This document shows, piece by piece, positions 14,700-26,820 of a DNA stretch of 64,000 bases (positions within the stretch are counted from its first letter, which is position 1; each line of letters opens with the position of its first letter). Made by a program: the position numbers and the translations under genes. Below the pieces are notes generated by a model that worked only from the letters and a program-made list of their open reading frames with translations, searched no databases and was not told the DNA's origin. The stretch is from assembly GCF_009914755.1 (NCBI RefSeq), contig NC_060927.1; one strand, 5' to 3'. This DNA is from the human T2T-CHM13v2.0 reference genome, Homo sapiens.

Positions 14700-14860
14700 A
14701 AGGGGGGTTGGGGCATGGAAATAAGGGATTGGGGCACAGAGATAAGAGGTCTGGGTGCGGAAATAAGGGATTGGGGCACAGAGATAAGAGGTCAGGGTGA
14801 GGAAATAAGGGATTGGGGTGCAGAGATAAGAGGTTGGGGTGCAGAAATAAGGGATTGGGG
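14700..14860. repeat. G-rich ~21/42-bp tandem repeat in the HERV-H leader
   Basis: Alternating units gaaataagggattggggcaca / gagataagaggtc(t)gggtg; explains the WGAEIRD-type repeats in the ORF track. Confidence 0.85.
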
Positions 14861-15447
14861 GTTCTTGCCCCCTAGAAAAGTGGGACTTGCCACTAAGAGT
14901 GAAGGAGAAGGGGTTGAGGGGTACTTGCCCCTCCCCCAGAAAAGCAGAGAAGGGGTAGAGACATGGAGAGAAGGGGTTGAGGTACTTGCCCCTTTCCCAG
15001 AAAAGTGGGACTTGCTGCTAAGGGTGAAGGACCAAGGCAGGCGTCCCTGCGTGGTCTGACACCCTTGAAACGTGGGTGAATAATCAGAGAGGCGTCCCTG
15101 CAATGATTAAACACCAAGGGAAGGCTGCCTTCCCAGTCTGTGACCGGCGCCGGAGTTTTGGGTCCATGGATAAAAGGTGTCTCCTTTGTCTCTACCAGAA
15201 AATGAAAGGAATTGAAATTAAGAGAAGGGAGAGATTGAAGTGTGGCGCCAAGATTGAAAGGAGAAAGAGGTTGAGGGATAGTGAGGGAGGTTGGAGAAGA
15301 GAGTAAAAAGAGGCCGCTTACTGGATTTGAAGTTGGTGAGATGTTTCTTGGGCTGGTCGGTCTGAGGACCTGAGGTCGTAGGTGGATCTTTCTCACGGAG
15401 CAAAGAACAGGAGGACAGGGGATTGATCTCCCAAGGGAGGTCCCACA

Positions 15448-15465
15448 ATCCGAGTCACGGCACCA
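15448..15465 (-). promoter_or_regulatory. Primer binding site complementary to tRNA-His
   Basis: The + strand ATCCGAGTCACGGCACCA equals the 3' 18 nt of human tRNA-His(GUG) including CCA. Confidence 0.95.
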
Positions 15466-15467
15466 AA

Positions 15468-15927
15468 TTTCATGTGCATCCTTGTGAAGAGACCACCAAA
15501 CAGGCTTTGTGTGAGCAACATGGCTGTTTATTTCACCTGAGTGCAGGCGGGCTGAGTCCGAAAAGAGAGTCAGCAAAGGGAGATAAGGGTGGGGCTGTTT
15601 TATAGGATTTGGGTAGGTAAAGGAAAATTGCAGTCAAAGGGGGTTTGTTCTCTGGCAGGCAGGAGTGGGGGTCACAAGGTGCTCAGTGGGGGTGATTTAA
15701 AATCACCTAGCCAGGATGAGCTAGGAAAAGGACTTTCACAAGGTAATGTCATCACTTAAGGCAAGGACCAGCCATTTACACTTCTTTTGTGGTGGAGTGT
15801 CATCAGTTAAGGTGGGGCAGGGCATATTCACTTCTTTTGTGATTCTTCAGTTACTTCAGGACATCTGGGCATATATGTGCAAGTCACAGGGGATGCAATG
15901 GCTTGGCTTGGGCTCAGAGGCCTGACA
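15468..15927 (-). repeat. HERV-H 5' LTR (LTR7), 460 bp
   Basis: TGTCAGGCCTCTGAGCCCAAG...CATGAAA on minus; TATAAAA at 15598-15604; directly followed by the PBS. Confidence 0.97.
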
Positions 15928-16023
15928 CTTTCTACATGTGGTTATTTAAATTAAATAAAATGAAAAGTTCAGTTTCTCAATTGCAGTAGCCACATTTCAA
16001 GTGCTCAATAGCCATGAGGCTAG

Positions 16024-16419
<396 letters not shown>

Positions 16420-16825
16420 TAACTAACTTTTCTGGATACTCCAGGTTTTTTGAGAAAAGAAATGAAGGAAGGGAAGGAAGTGGGAGGGGATCAGCTTAAT
16501 TGCATAGATGGGAAGCAAGTTGAATATCTAGATGGGTAATTGGATGGAAACAAGAAGGGATAGCTGGTGGAGAGGTGGATGGAGAGTCAGGTGGTAGATT
16601 TCATTTGTTCTGGATGATACAGCAATATAGCCTACCATTAAATTGGCTCTTGTGTTTGCCATTCATGGTGATAGCTTCTAAAGAACTTGCAACTAAGGAT
16701 ATTCTTTATTCTACCCCTAAGTTTCCCCTTTTCTTTCCACTACATTTAAAATAGGTTGGAGGGTTACATGACTCAGGGATTTAAAAAAAAAAAGTTCAAA
16801 TTTAGGAGGGACTTCATGTCACATA

Positions 16826-17003
16826 GTCCAGGAGTTGTCAACCTTGGCTGCACAAGGGAATCACCAGAAGAGCATTAAGAACCACTGAGAGCCAGACCCC
16901 ATCTCCAGAGACTCTGATTTAATTGTTCAGGGTTATAAGCTGGGGATTTTCAAGAGCTCCCCAGTGACTCCCACATGCAGCCAGGACTGAGAAATGCTGC
17001 TCT
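16826..17003. mobile_element. MER5-type MITE
   Basis: caaccttggctgcac...aatcacc...ccagagactctgatttaattg...aagagctccccagtgactcc...gagaa. Confidence 0.7.
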
Positions 17004-17729
17004 AGCCAATCTTCCTCCCTCTGGGGGAATCCCTTCTACCCCGTCCCTGATAGGAAGTCACTCAGCCTCTGAGTGAATTCCTCCAGTCACAGCTCACTCA
17101 AGACCTCACATGGCACCCATTTCATTGCTGGATAATTCTACTCAAGGTGTTCTTGAGTGGTGGTTGAATTTGCATCTTTGAACTACCTCTTGCTGGTTCT
17201 GGGAGGCTTTGCAGGGAGTCACACATAATTCTGATTCTCATCTGCCCAGCCAGTATCATACTCTCTCCCCTCCCCAAAGTGGATTTTCTCCAGGATGGAT
17301 ACGCTTGGCTTCTTCAACTCATCTTTACTGGGTAAAGCTTCCTCTTGACTGCATTTCAATTGGTCAATGTTTGCATTAAATGAGCCCTGGACATATTTGG
17401 ACCACTTTCGGATGCTGTGAAATGATCCTTCCCACTATCTGCATATAACACTTTTATTAATTTAGATTAAATTAAGATTAAATTTAACTAAGTTTACATG
17501 CAGGAAGTTTCTTTATTAACCCCATCACATGTTAACCTTTAAGGGAAACTAGAATTACCGGATTCTTTTGGAGTATTTTTGTTCTACTTTTATTTTAGGT
17601 TCAGGGGTAAATGTGCAGGTTTGTTATACTGGTAAATTTTGTGTTGATGCCCAGTGTGGGTAATCTAAATTCTGTTAATAGAAAACTGTTTAAATTCCAC
17701 ACAGTGGAATACCATCTCGCTATTAGAAA

Positions 17730-17937
17730 GAATGAGGCCGTTCTACAAGTATTGATATAGAAAGATTTCCAAGATGTAAGGTTTAAAAAGGCTCAGAAAA
17801 CTTGATGTTTCTTACTCTGATTTATGTACCAAAGAATGAGACAGTTCTACAAGTATTGACATAGAAAGATTTCCAAGACATAAAGTTTAAAAAGTCACAG
17901 AAAACTTGATATTTCCTACTCTGATTTATGTACCAAA
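17730..17937 (+). repeat. Tandem duplication, 2 x 104 bp
   Basis: gaatgag..gttctacaagtattga...ctctgatttatgtaccaaa at 17730-17833 and 17834-17937. Confidence 0.95.
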
Positions 17938-17960
17938 AAGCCACTTATAATTATGTATAT

Positions 17961-18034
17961 AAATTCAGCCACCACTCAAGAACACCCTGAATAGAATTAT
18001 CCAGCAATGAAATGGGTGCCATGTGAGGTCCTGA
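17961..18034 (-). repeat. Inverted copy of 17098-17171 flanked by a 42-bp direct repeat (17921-17962 / 18031-18072)
   Basis: The reverse complement matches 17098-17171 with 4 mismatches in 74 bp. Confidence 0.95.
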
Positions 18035-18344
18035 TTTATGTACCAAAAAGCCACTTACAATTATGTGTATAAGTACATAAACAAATATCAAGAGGGCTCG
18101 ACAACAAACTCCCCTCTGAGGAGGAGAGGAAATTGAGAAAGGGGAGAATAAAAGAAACTTTACATTTGTCAAAAATAAAATCAGATCAAAATTTAAAGTT
18201 GCAGAAGTTTATTGTGCACACAAAAGAACAGTTTGGGAGTGAGGAGACATAGATCTGAAAGTGTAGGGATTCCCACTTAGAGCACTTACAGCATAGTTTA
18301 TAAAGCATAAAGGGGAAGTATTTTTCCCCCCTGGGTTCAAAGTT

Positions 18345-19972
18345 CTTTTTTAAAAAAAAATCAATAGGTTTTAGGGGAACAGGTGGTGTTTGTTATATGA
18401 ATAATTTCTTTAGTGGTGATTTCTGAGATTTTGGTGCACCCATCACCTGAGCAGTGTGTACACTGTACTCAATGTGTAGTCTTTTATCCCTCACTCCCCT
18501 CCCATCCTTTCCCCTGAGTCCCCAAAGTCCATTTTATCTTTCTTATGCCTTTGCATCCTCACATCTTAGCTCTCACTTATGAGTGACAATGTACAATGTT
18601 TGGTTTTCCATTCCTGAGTTACTTAACTTAGAATAATGATCTCTAATTCCATCTAGGTTGCTGCAAATGCCATTATTTCATTCATTTTCATGGCTGAGTA
18701 GTATACCATGGTGTTGCTATAAATGTGTGTGCAAGTATCTTTCTCATATAGTGACTTATTTTCCTCTGGGTAGATACCCAGGAGTAGGATTGATGGATCA
18801 AATGATAGATCGACTTTTAATTCTTCAAGGAATCACCACATTGTTTTCCATAGGGGTTGTACTAGTTTACATACCCATCAACAGCATAAAGTGTTCTCTT
18901 CACCACATCCACGCCAACATCTATTTTTTTTTTTATTATTATAGCCATTCTTGCAAGAGTAGGCAGTATCACATTGTGGTTTTGATTTGCATTTCCCTGA
19001 TAATTAGTGGTGTTGAGCATTTTTTCATATGTTCGTTGGCTATTTGTATATCTTCTTTTGAGAATTGTCTATTCATGTCCTTAGCCTACTTTTTGATGGG
19101 ATTATTTGTTTTTTTCTTGATGATTTGTTTGAGTTCCTTGTAGATTCTGGATATTAGACCTTTATCAGATGTGTAGATTGCAACGATTTTCTCCCAATCT
19201 GTTGGTGGTCTGTTTACTCTGCTGATTATTTCTTTTGCTGTGCAGAAGCTTTTTAGTTTAATTAAGTCCCATCTATTTATCTTTGTTTTTGTTGTATTTG
19301 CTTTTGGGTTCTTGGTCATGACCTCTTTGCCTAAGCCAATGTCTAGAAGAGTTCTTTTGAGGTTATCTTCTAAAATTTTTATGGTTTTGGGTCTTAGATT
19401 TAAGTCTTTGATCCATCTTGGGTTGATTTTTGTCTATGGTGAGAGATGAGGATCCAGTTTCATTCTTCTACACATGGCTAGCCAATTATCCCAGCACCAT
19501 TTGTTGAATAGGGTGTCCTTTCCCCACTTTATGTTTTTGTTTGCTTTGTTGAAAATCAGTTTGCCTTAAGTATTTGGGTTTATTTCTGGGTTCTCTATTC
19601 TGTTCCATTGGTCTATATGCCTGTTCTTATTCCAGTACCATTCTGTTTGGGTGACTATGGCCTTATATTAATAGTGTAGTTTGAAGCTGGGTAACGTGAT
19701 GCCTCCAGGTTTGTTCTTTTTGCTGTGTTGCTTTGGCAATGTGGGCTCTTTTTTGGTTCCATGTGAATTTTGGGATTTTTTTTCAAGTTCTGTGAAGAAT
19801 AATGGTGGTATTGAGATGGAAATTACATGAATTTGTAGGTTGTTTTTTGCAGTATGGTCATTTTCACAATATTGATTCTACCCATCCATGAGCATGGGAT
19901 GTGTTTCCATTTTTTGTGTCATCTATGATTTCTTTCAGCAGTGTTTTGTAGTTTTCCTTGCAGAGATCTTTC
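18345..19972 (-). mobile_element. L1PB-type LINE-1, 5'-truncated (3'UTR and ORF2 end)
   Basis: 3' end tcaataggttttaggggaacaggtggtg...; ORF2 fragment [19 protein letters not shown] on minus. Confidence 0.9.
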
Positions 19973-20199
19973 AGTATTTTGAACTTTTTTTGTGATTTGC
20001 TGTTATACATTAACATGGTGTTGCAACAAGAACATTTAAAGCTGATTTGTCTATAGCAGATTGGTTTAATTTCACTGAATCATGCTGACAATGACATAAA
20101 CTTTATATTTTGTGTTTCATTTATTATTACATCTGGCTTTTCAGGGAAATCAGGATGACTTCAGTCTTGGCTATGTGGCTATGGGTGGTTGGCCTTGAG

Positions 20200-22356
20200 G
20201 AGTTTGGGCTGTAATCCTGAAAAACACAATCCTGAATGCCATAATCCCAAATGTTGAAATCCAGAAAGACTAAAATTTTAAATCCAAAACCACAATCCCA
20301 AAATATTAAAATCCTGAAAATATAACTCTGAAAACAATAATTTAAAAGACATTTATTTATATTCCTATAGGTGGATTTATTTTGAAAAACTTATAAAAAC
20401 ACAACAGAACACTTCACAATAGGGAATAATATATATATTTTTGCAAGCATAAACACTCAGGTATACTAACAACAGTCACAAGGGTATAACAGTTATGAGC
20501 AGATGAATTTTATTCATAAATAAATAGTGTCAAAATTTTATTCATAAATAAATTGCGTAAAAAATCACAATGTATAAATGCATATCACTATAGTTAATAA
20601 TTGTGTGCACCCAGCTTTATAAACTGTAGTCATCTGAAATACTGTGATGGACATCCTAATTCTTTGGATGAGATCAATCGAGAATCATGATGGGTCACCA
20701 CCATATTTGCCAGTTGCCCAAAGAGCCAAGACCTCGAGAAATTGTATCTTTCACAAACACAGAGGCACAAAAAGGACATCTGTTTATTTATCAAGGAGGT
20801 CTTCACATTTGTGCACACACACACACACACAATGCTTACACACAAAGTTGTAGTAGTAATGTACCTTCAGGAGTCAAATTTGCAAAAAAAAATTGCATAA
20901 AACATAATAAAACTCTCTAAATGTCTTTACACAGTTTATAACTCCACTACTGAAAATGATGCAAAGATTAAATACATAGCATAGTGAATTGGCACTAGGG
21001 GTGAAGGAACAGAAGTGATACACAATTGAGTAACTTGGCAAGGGAAATTTCTTGTATTTTTTCCGTGTGTTTTCACTTCTAAGCTCTTCAAAACACTTGC
21101 TGCACTTGTATTTGGAGAGTCGTTGTTGTCTACACATTGCCTAAGTATATGCTGTCCATTTAAAAGTCCGTTTATTGCTTGGCTGTTGCAATTAAAGGAT
21201 TGGTGCTTTTGTAGCACCAATAATAATCAACTTTAACATTGTTATCTTTCACCATTAAAGTAACCTCATACACTTAGCTTGTCCCAGGCTTTTTTTTTTT
21301 TTTTTTTTTTCTGGGAAAAAAGTTCACCAGTCTCTTCCATTGAGAGTAAAGGAAGAGTAATGGAATATTGTGATGCTCATTAGACACTTAAGATGAAATT
21401 TTGAGTAGGAATTTGGGTCAGGGCTTAAGACATCAATTTGAGAGTCCTTAACATGTATTAGTATTTAAAACCATAATGGCATATCATTCCAGTAAGAAGG
21501 ATGATACTCAGCTTCCTCAATACCAAATCTATATTAGTCTGGGTTCTCCAGAGACAGAACCAATAGGATATGTATGTAGATATATGAGATGGGATTTATT
21601 AGGATAATTGGCTCACAATTAAGGCGGCTAAGAAGTCCCACAACAGACCATCTACAAGCTGGAGACCCTGGAATACAGGTAGTGTGGCTCAGTGTAACTC
21701 TGAAGGCCTCAGAAACAGAGAAGCCAATGTTGTAACTCTCAGTCCTAGGCTGAAAGCCACTGAGTTGGGGGAGGTGGGTAGTTGTATAGTTCAAAGGCTG
21801 GTGAGCCTGGATTTCTGATGTCTAAAGCAACAGAAGAAAAGTCTGTTCCAGCTCTCAAAGACAGACCAATTTGCGTTCTGTAATTGTTCTCTTCAGGCCC
21901 CCAGCTGATTGGATGGTGCCTGTCAACCCTGAAAGCAGATCTTTCCCACCTAATCCACTCAGACTCACACAGTAATCTCTGGAAACACTTTCACAGACAC
22001 ACTCAATACAATGCTTCAACAAGTTTCTAGTTATTCCTTTACTCAGTCATGTTGACATCTAAAATTAAGTCCACAGATCCACCCTTTGTCAAGTTGACAT
22101 GCATACACATCTCCTTAAACCATACTTAATTTCCAAATAAAGATAATAGCAAGTAATAGTTCTTCTTAACACGATGCAACTAACATTATGCAACTACGGT
22201 GTGTACAACCAGAAATGCACTAATCCTTCCCCAGAATTCAGCTTTCAGGATTTCAACATTAGGAATTTTAGTCTTTTAGGATTGTGATTTTGATCTTTTG
22301 GGATTTCAACATTATAGCATTTGGGATTGTGTTTTTCAAGAATATGATCAGCACTG
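20200..22356 (+). mobile_element. Ricksha (MULE-MuDR) non-autonomous DNA transposon carrying an MLT2 LTR/HERV-L fragment
   Basis: Long imperfect TIRs (taatcctgaaaaacacaatcctgaatgccataatcccaaatgttgaaatcc ... ggatttcaacattatagcatttgggattgtgtttttcaagaatatga); 9-bp TSD GGCCTTGAG (20191-20199)/GGCCTTGGG (22357-22365). Confidence 0.75.
21530..22200 (-). mobile_element. MLT2-type LTR plus adjacent HERV-L internal piece inside Ricksha
   Basis: tattagtctgggttctccagagacagaaccaatagga...cagtcatgttgacatctaaaattaa, followed by ccaccctttgtcaagttga. Confidence 0.7.
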
Positions 22357-23752
22357 GGCCTTGGGACATATCTAAACTGTGGCCTTCATTTTTATTTTTC
22401 TTTAACAATTCCCCACTTTTGGTCATCCTCTCGCTTGAACTGAGAATGTGACTGGCTATTACCCTTGGTTACTACATGTTGCTTTCCTTTCTGTAGACAT
22501 TTATAGGTCACAAACTAGAATCTCAGTAAGTTATTTTGATGACTCTTATTCATATAGTTTTGGTTTTCAATCCTCACGGAGATCAACTGTTGAGTTAGTG
22601 GCTGCTGACAAGCATTTAAGATCCTTGTGAGACTACATTGCATAAGGGATATTATCAATATGACTAATAGGAGGATAATACCAAGAGTCTGAAAAATACC
22701 CCAAAACCAACCAAACCAACCTACTTAAGAGCCAAGATTTAGCCAATCAATTGTGCTTCCCTGATCTGGTAGAATAGTAGGATCTGATCTCTTAGATCTC
22801 TAAGATTTAGGGCTACAATTCCTGATTCAATGACATAGAAACAGCATTTTAAAAAATATGGCTGTTTCACTCTAATAGATTTTCTTGGCTTGCAGTTTGA
22901 ATGTCTCTGGTAATGTCAGTGGAGGTCCAGGGAACTTTCTGAGTGGCTGTGCAGCAACATGCACAAAAGATGTTCATATACAAGCTGTTGTGGTGATTTC
23001 TCTGAAGTTTATTTTAGGTAATTCAACTTCAGCTTGCAGGACTGTAAGGCTAGAAACAACCCTAGTTCAAAACTGTCAGAAACCTGTATGTGTCAGAGTC
23101 TTTCTATGAATTTCATGTCATTTTGTACCATAAGGTATTTGCAAAAGCTTTCAGGAAAGCACCAGAGTAAAACAATAACTGCTGTGGATGAACAATGGTT
23201 TAAAATGCCCCTGAGAATTTACTATAATGCAGTTGAAGAAGAAATTTGGTTATTTCTGTGATATACAACATTTTGGCTGATAAAATATATACAACATATG
23301 GCTGATATACAACACATGGCTGGTAAAATTATACCAGGACATATCTGATATTTAGGAAATTCATATAATTTCTGAAACACATATTAATAAGATATATCTA
23401 TACAAATATAACATAAAGAAGATTTAACATTATTTCTTATTTGGCAGTTCTTCCCATGCAATGTAATATGTTAAATAAACTTAATTAGTCTAACATCTCT
23501 CTTTTTATAATATAAGGAGAGAATAAATTCCTTTGAGGTTTTTCCAGAGGCTCTCTGCAAAATTCCAAAGTTAGCTTAAGGTAAAAAAAGACTGTATGTA
23601 GAATTGATTTAGGAAGGTTGTCAAAAATGTCTAAAGATTTAAAGCACTTGATTAAATAGGATCATAGTTCACTGTGAAACAATACTTAGGTATCCATTTA
23701 GCCAAAGTGACAAGTAAAAGATTTCAAAGGCAAATACAGAAAGTTACATAGT

Positions 23753-24508
23753 TGTATTAGTCCATTTTCATGCTGCTGATGAAGACATACCTGTGACTGG
23801 GCAATTTACAAAAGAAAGAGTTTTATTGGACTTCCAGTTTCATATGGCTGGGGAGGCCTCACAATCATGAGGGAAGGTGAAAGGCACATCTCATATGGTG
23901 GCAGACAAGAGAAGAAGAGCTTGTGCAGGGAAACTCCCCTTTTAAAAACCATCAGATCCCGTGAGACTCATTCACTATCAGGAGAACAGTGCAGGAAAAA
24001 CCCACCCCCATAATTCAATCACCTCCCACCGTGTGTCTCCCACGACACATGGGGATTGTGGGTGTTACAATTCGAGATGAGATTTGGGTGGGGACACAGC
24101 CAAACCATGTCATTCTACCCCGGCCCCTCCCAAATCTCATGTCCTCACATTTCAAAACCAATCATACCTTCCCAACAGTCACCCAAAGTCTTAACTCATT
24201 TCATCATTAACTCAAAAGTCCACAGTCCAACATCTCATCTGAGACAAGGCAAGTCCCTTCTGCCTATGAACTTGTAAAATCAAAAGCAAGTTACTTACTT
24301 CCTAGATACAATGAGGGTACAGGCATTGGGTAAATACAGCCATTCTAAATGGGAGAAATTGGCCAAAACAAAGGGGCTACAGGCCCCATGCAAATTCAAA
24401 ATCCAGCAGGGCAGTCAAACCTTAAAGCTCCAGAATGATCTCCTTTGACTCCATGTCTTGCATCCAGGTTATGCAGATGTAAGAGGTGAGTTCCAATGGT
24501 CTTGGGCA
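23753..24508 (-). mobile_element. THE1 (MaLR) 3' LTR (23753-24112) plus ~400 bp of THE1 internal sequence
   Basis: tgtattagtccattttcatgctgctgat...gggacacagccaaaccatgtca, then the PPT complement ttctaccccggcccc and internal sequence. Confidence 0.9.
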
Positions 24509-26126
24509 ATAGTTAAGAAAACAAAAATGAAAAATCTTAGTTCCTGTAACACAAATAACTCTATTTTCTTAAGTAATCAAAGATCTTGATAAACACAACA
24601 TGAGGCAGAGGAAATTATTTTGATGAGAAATAAAATCTGCTCTTTTAGGCAGATCACTTAAAAGGCAGAGAAAACACTTTCATTACTCTTATCAAGAGTA
24701 GACTAATAATCCAAGAAAACTTTGTGGTTTTTAACAGAAAGAAGACCAAATTCTAGTTTTGCATCAGTGTACTTTGATATTGAAAGCCCATTTTAAAATC
24801 CTTGTAATAAATTCATTCAATTTTATCCAGTTTAACCACATAAGATTCTCTCTCTCATTCTTTCTCTCCCTCCTACTTTCTATGTTCATTTAACTTTTGT
24901 TCTTTATTATCCTCTTTCTTCATGTTGAAATAACCTTTAAATAACCTTCAAAACAGATCAAAATCACATTCCCAGGTATAAAACCTTGATATTGTAAAGT
25001 TATCAATTCTTCCTAAATTTATTTACAAATGTAACACAATTCCACCCAAACTTATGTTTTTATAAGTAATTGAGTAGATGATCCTAAAGTTTAATAAAAC
25101 AAATGGCTCTAATAGGTAAGACATTTGGAAATGTATAATGAAAGGGAGTTGCATAATAAGATCATCTATATAAATCATCTAATAAATCTACAATAAAAAG
25201 TGTCTCTAGCACAGAAATAAGATATCAATAGAATATAAGGTACAAAATCAGATTCAGGAACATTAAAGAATATACGACAAAGGTGATATTTCAAGCCCAA
25301 AGGGGAGAGGATGGTTATTCAACACATAGTGTTTTAAAATTTGTCAGATAAGAATGGAGAGGAGGAGGCTCCTCTCCTCTGACCCCAGGGAATGTGAGAA
25401 GAGACACAGTGGTTATGAAAGGAAGCAGTCACACCTGTGGATCCCTACCTTCCCCATCAGAGCTAGGGGGCATGGAGCGCTCTCTGCTAAGATGGGGACC
25501 CCCAAGGAATGTCTCCCTGTGGGGCACTTCCTTACCAGATGGGATGGCCAGTGCAGTTAAGTTGGTGGTCAGGCAGAAAAAAAAGATCTAGTTTGTACTC
25601 TTGAGAGTTCCTCGGTTTGTTCATGGCATGGGCAGGGAGTCAAGGAGCAGCAGCCTTGCCTCAGTGCCTACCAGTGCAGGAAAAGGTGCATAGCCTGGGC
25701 CAGGGCCAGGGCCCTGGTGGAGGCGTAGTGGTAACAGAGAGGGCTCTCCATTCCAGCCCAAGGAAGACTAAGAATGAATACCTCATGAGTATATTAGCTA
25801 CAAACCACCACAGCAGGTTCCAGAAAAAGGCTCAGCGTTGGAACCAGGTCACCCCCACTCAGCAGACACCAGTCATATAAATCAAGGACCAACAGGAGAC
25901 AGGAACACCCCCTTCCCACTCTGCCCCATGTCTCAAGTTGTAGTGGCCCTTCCTCCAGATCTCTGCCACCATCTTAGAAAGGAACACTGAAAGAAGAAAC
26001 TGAAATTATAAGCTGACAGCATAAAGAGGATGAGTAAAACCTAAAATCATTGTTCAAATGAATGAATCAAGAGAAGTTTAAACCACTTTGGACTAAAATG
26101 TGTGAATCCTTTTTCCTGCTATCCAG

Positions 26127-26205
26127 CAGATGAGAAGCTGGTAACAGAGACCAAAATAGTTTGGAGACTAAAGAATCATTGCACATTTCACTGCTGAGTT
26201 GTATT
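26127..26205 (+). other. CCR3: CCR3 alternative 5'UTR cassette exon (NAGNAG acceptor; start 26127 or 26130)
   Basis: Acceptor tttttcctgctatcCAG-CAG; consensus donor ATT|GTGAGT at 26205/26206; contains uORF ATG AGA AGC TGG TAA (26130-26144). Confidence 0.6.
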
Positions 26206-26489
26206 GTGAGTAATTTTAGTTGACCTCACTTTTGTAAATCTTGCACACGGGCATCCATATCTGCACAGAGATATGTTAACAGTGGTAAATGCTGCATGAG
26301 GAGATTGGGTGATTTTTACTTTCGTTTTTGTGCTCTTCTTTCTTATTGTTCTTACTTATTTACGATTACCCTATCGTTTTCCAAAATGTAAAAGGCCATT
26401 TTGAAAGCCTAATTCAAACCTCTTCACTATTTTGTATCTAAGTATTCACCTTGATTGAGACTGGGTAGACAGGTGAAAACCATATCAGG

Positions 26490-26820
<331 letters not shown>

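Larger units (their letters stand above)
10135..15927 (-). mobile_element. HERV-H provirus, common deleted 5.8 kb type (LTR7-gag-pro-pol remnant-LTR7, env-less), antisense in CCR3 intron 1
   Basis: Two LTRs (15468-15927 5', 10135-10587 3'); PBS-His at 15448-15465; PPT AAGAAGGCAGGAA at 10588-10600. Gag CCHC knuckle CYKCQKSDHQAKEC; protease FLINTEAT; RT motifs SPYHSPILPV, VLDLKHAFF, LPQGFTDSP. 5-bp TSD CTTGC/CTTTC. Confidence 0.97.
18167..24960 (-). mobile_element. Old ERV1 (MER4-group-like) LTR and internal remnant, interrupted by L1PB, Ricksha and THE1
   Basis: LTR-like pieces (18167-18340, 19975-20199, 22366-22408) end at ...ctttaaca, followed by a PPT-like attccccactttt. AT-rich internal-type sequence continues to ~24960. 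Family is uncertain. Confidence 0.4.

Noticed and set aside
14700-14860. Regularly spaced repeats resembling a CRISPR array
   Set aside because: Head-to-tail tandem units with no unique spacers, inside a human ERV, and no cas genes.
15448-15465. tRNA-His 3' sequence
   Set aside because: Only 18-19 nt. It is the retroviral primer binding site, not a tRNA gene.
14333-15576. Long ORFs of 148-227 aa with peptide repeats
   Set aside because: They arise from the HERV-H LTR/leader and its GC-rich tandem repeat, mostly without a true ATG. They are not host genes.
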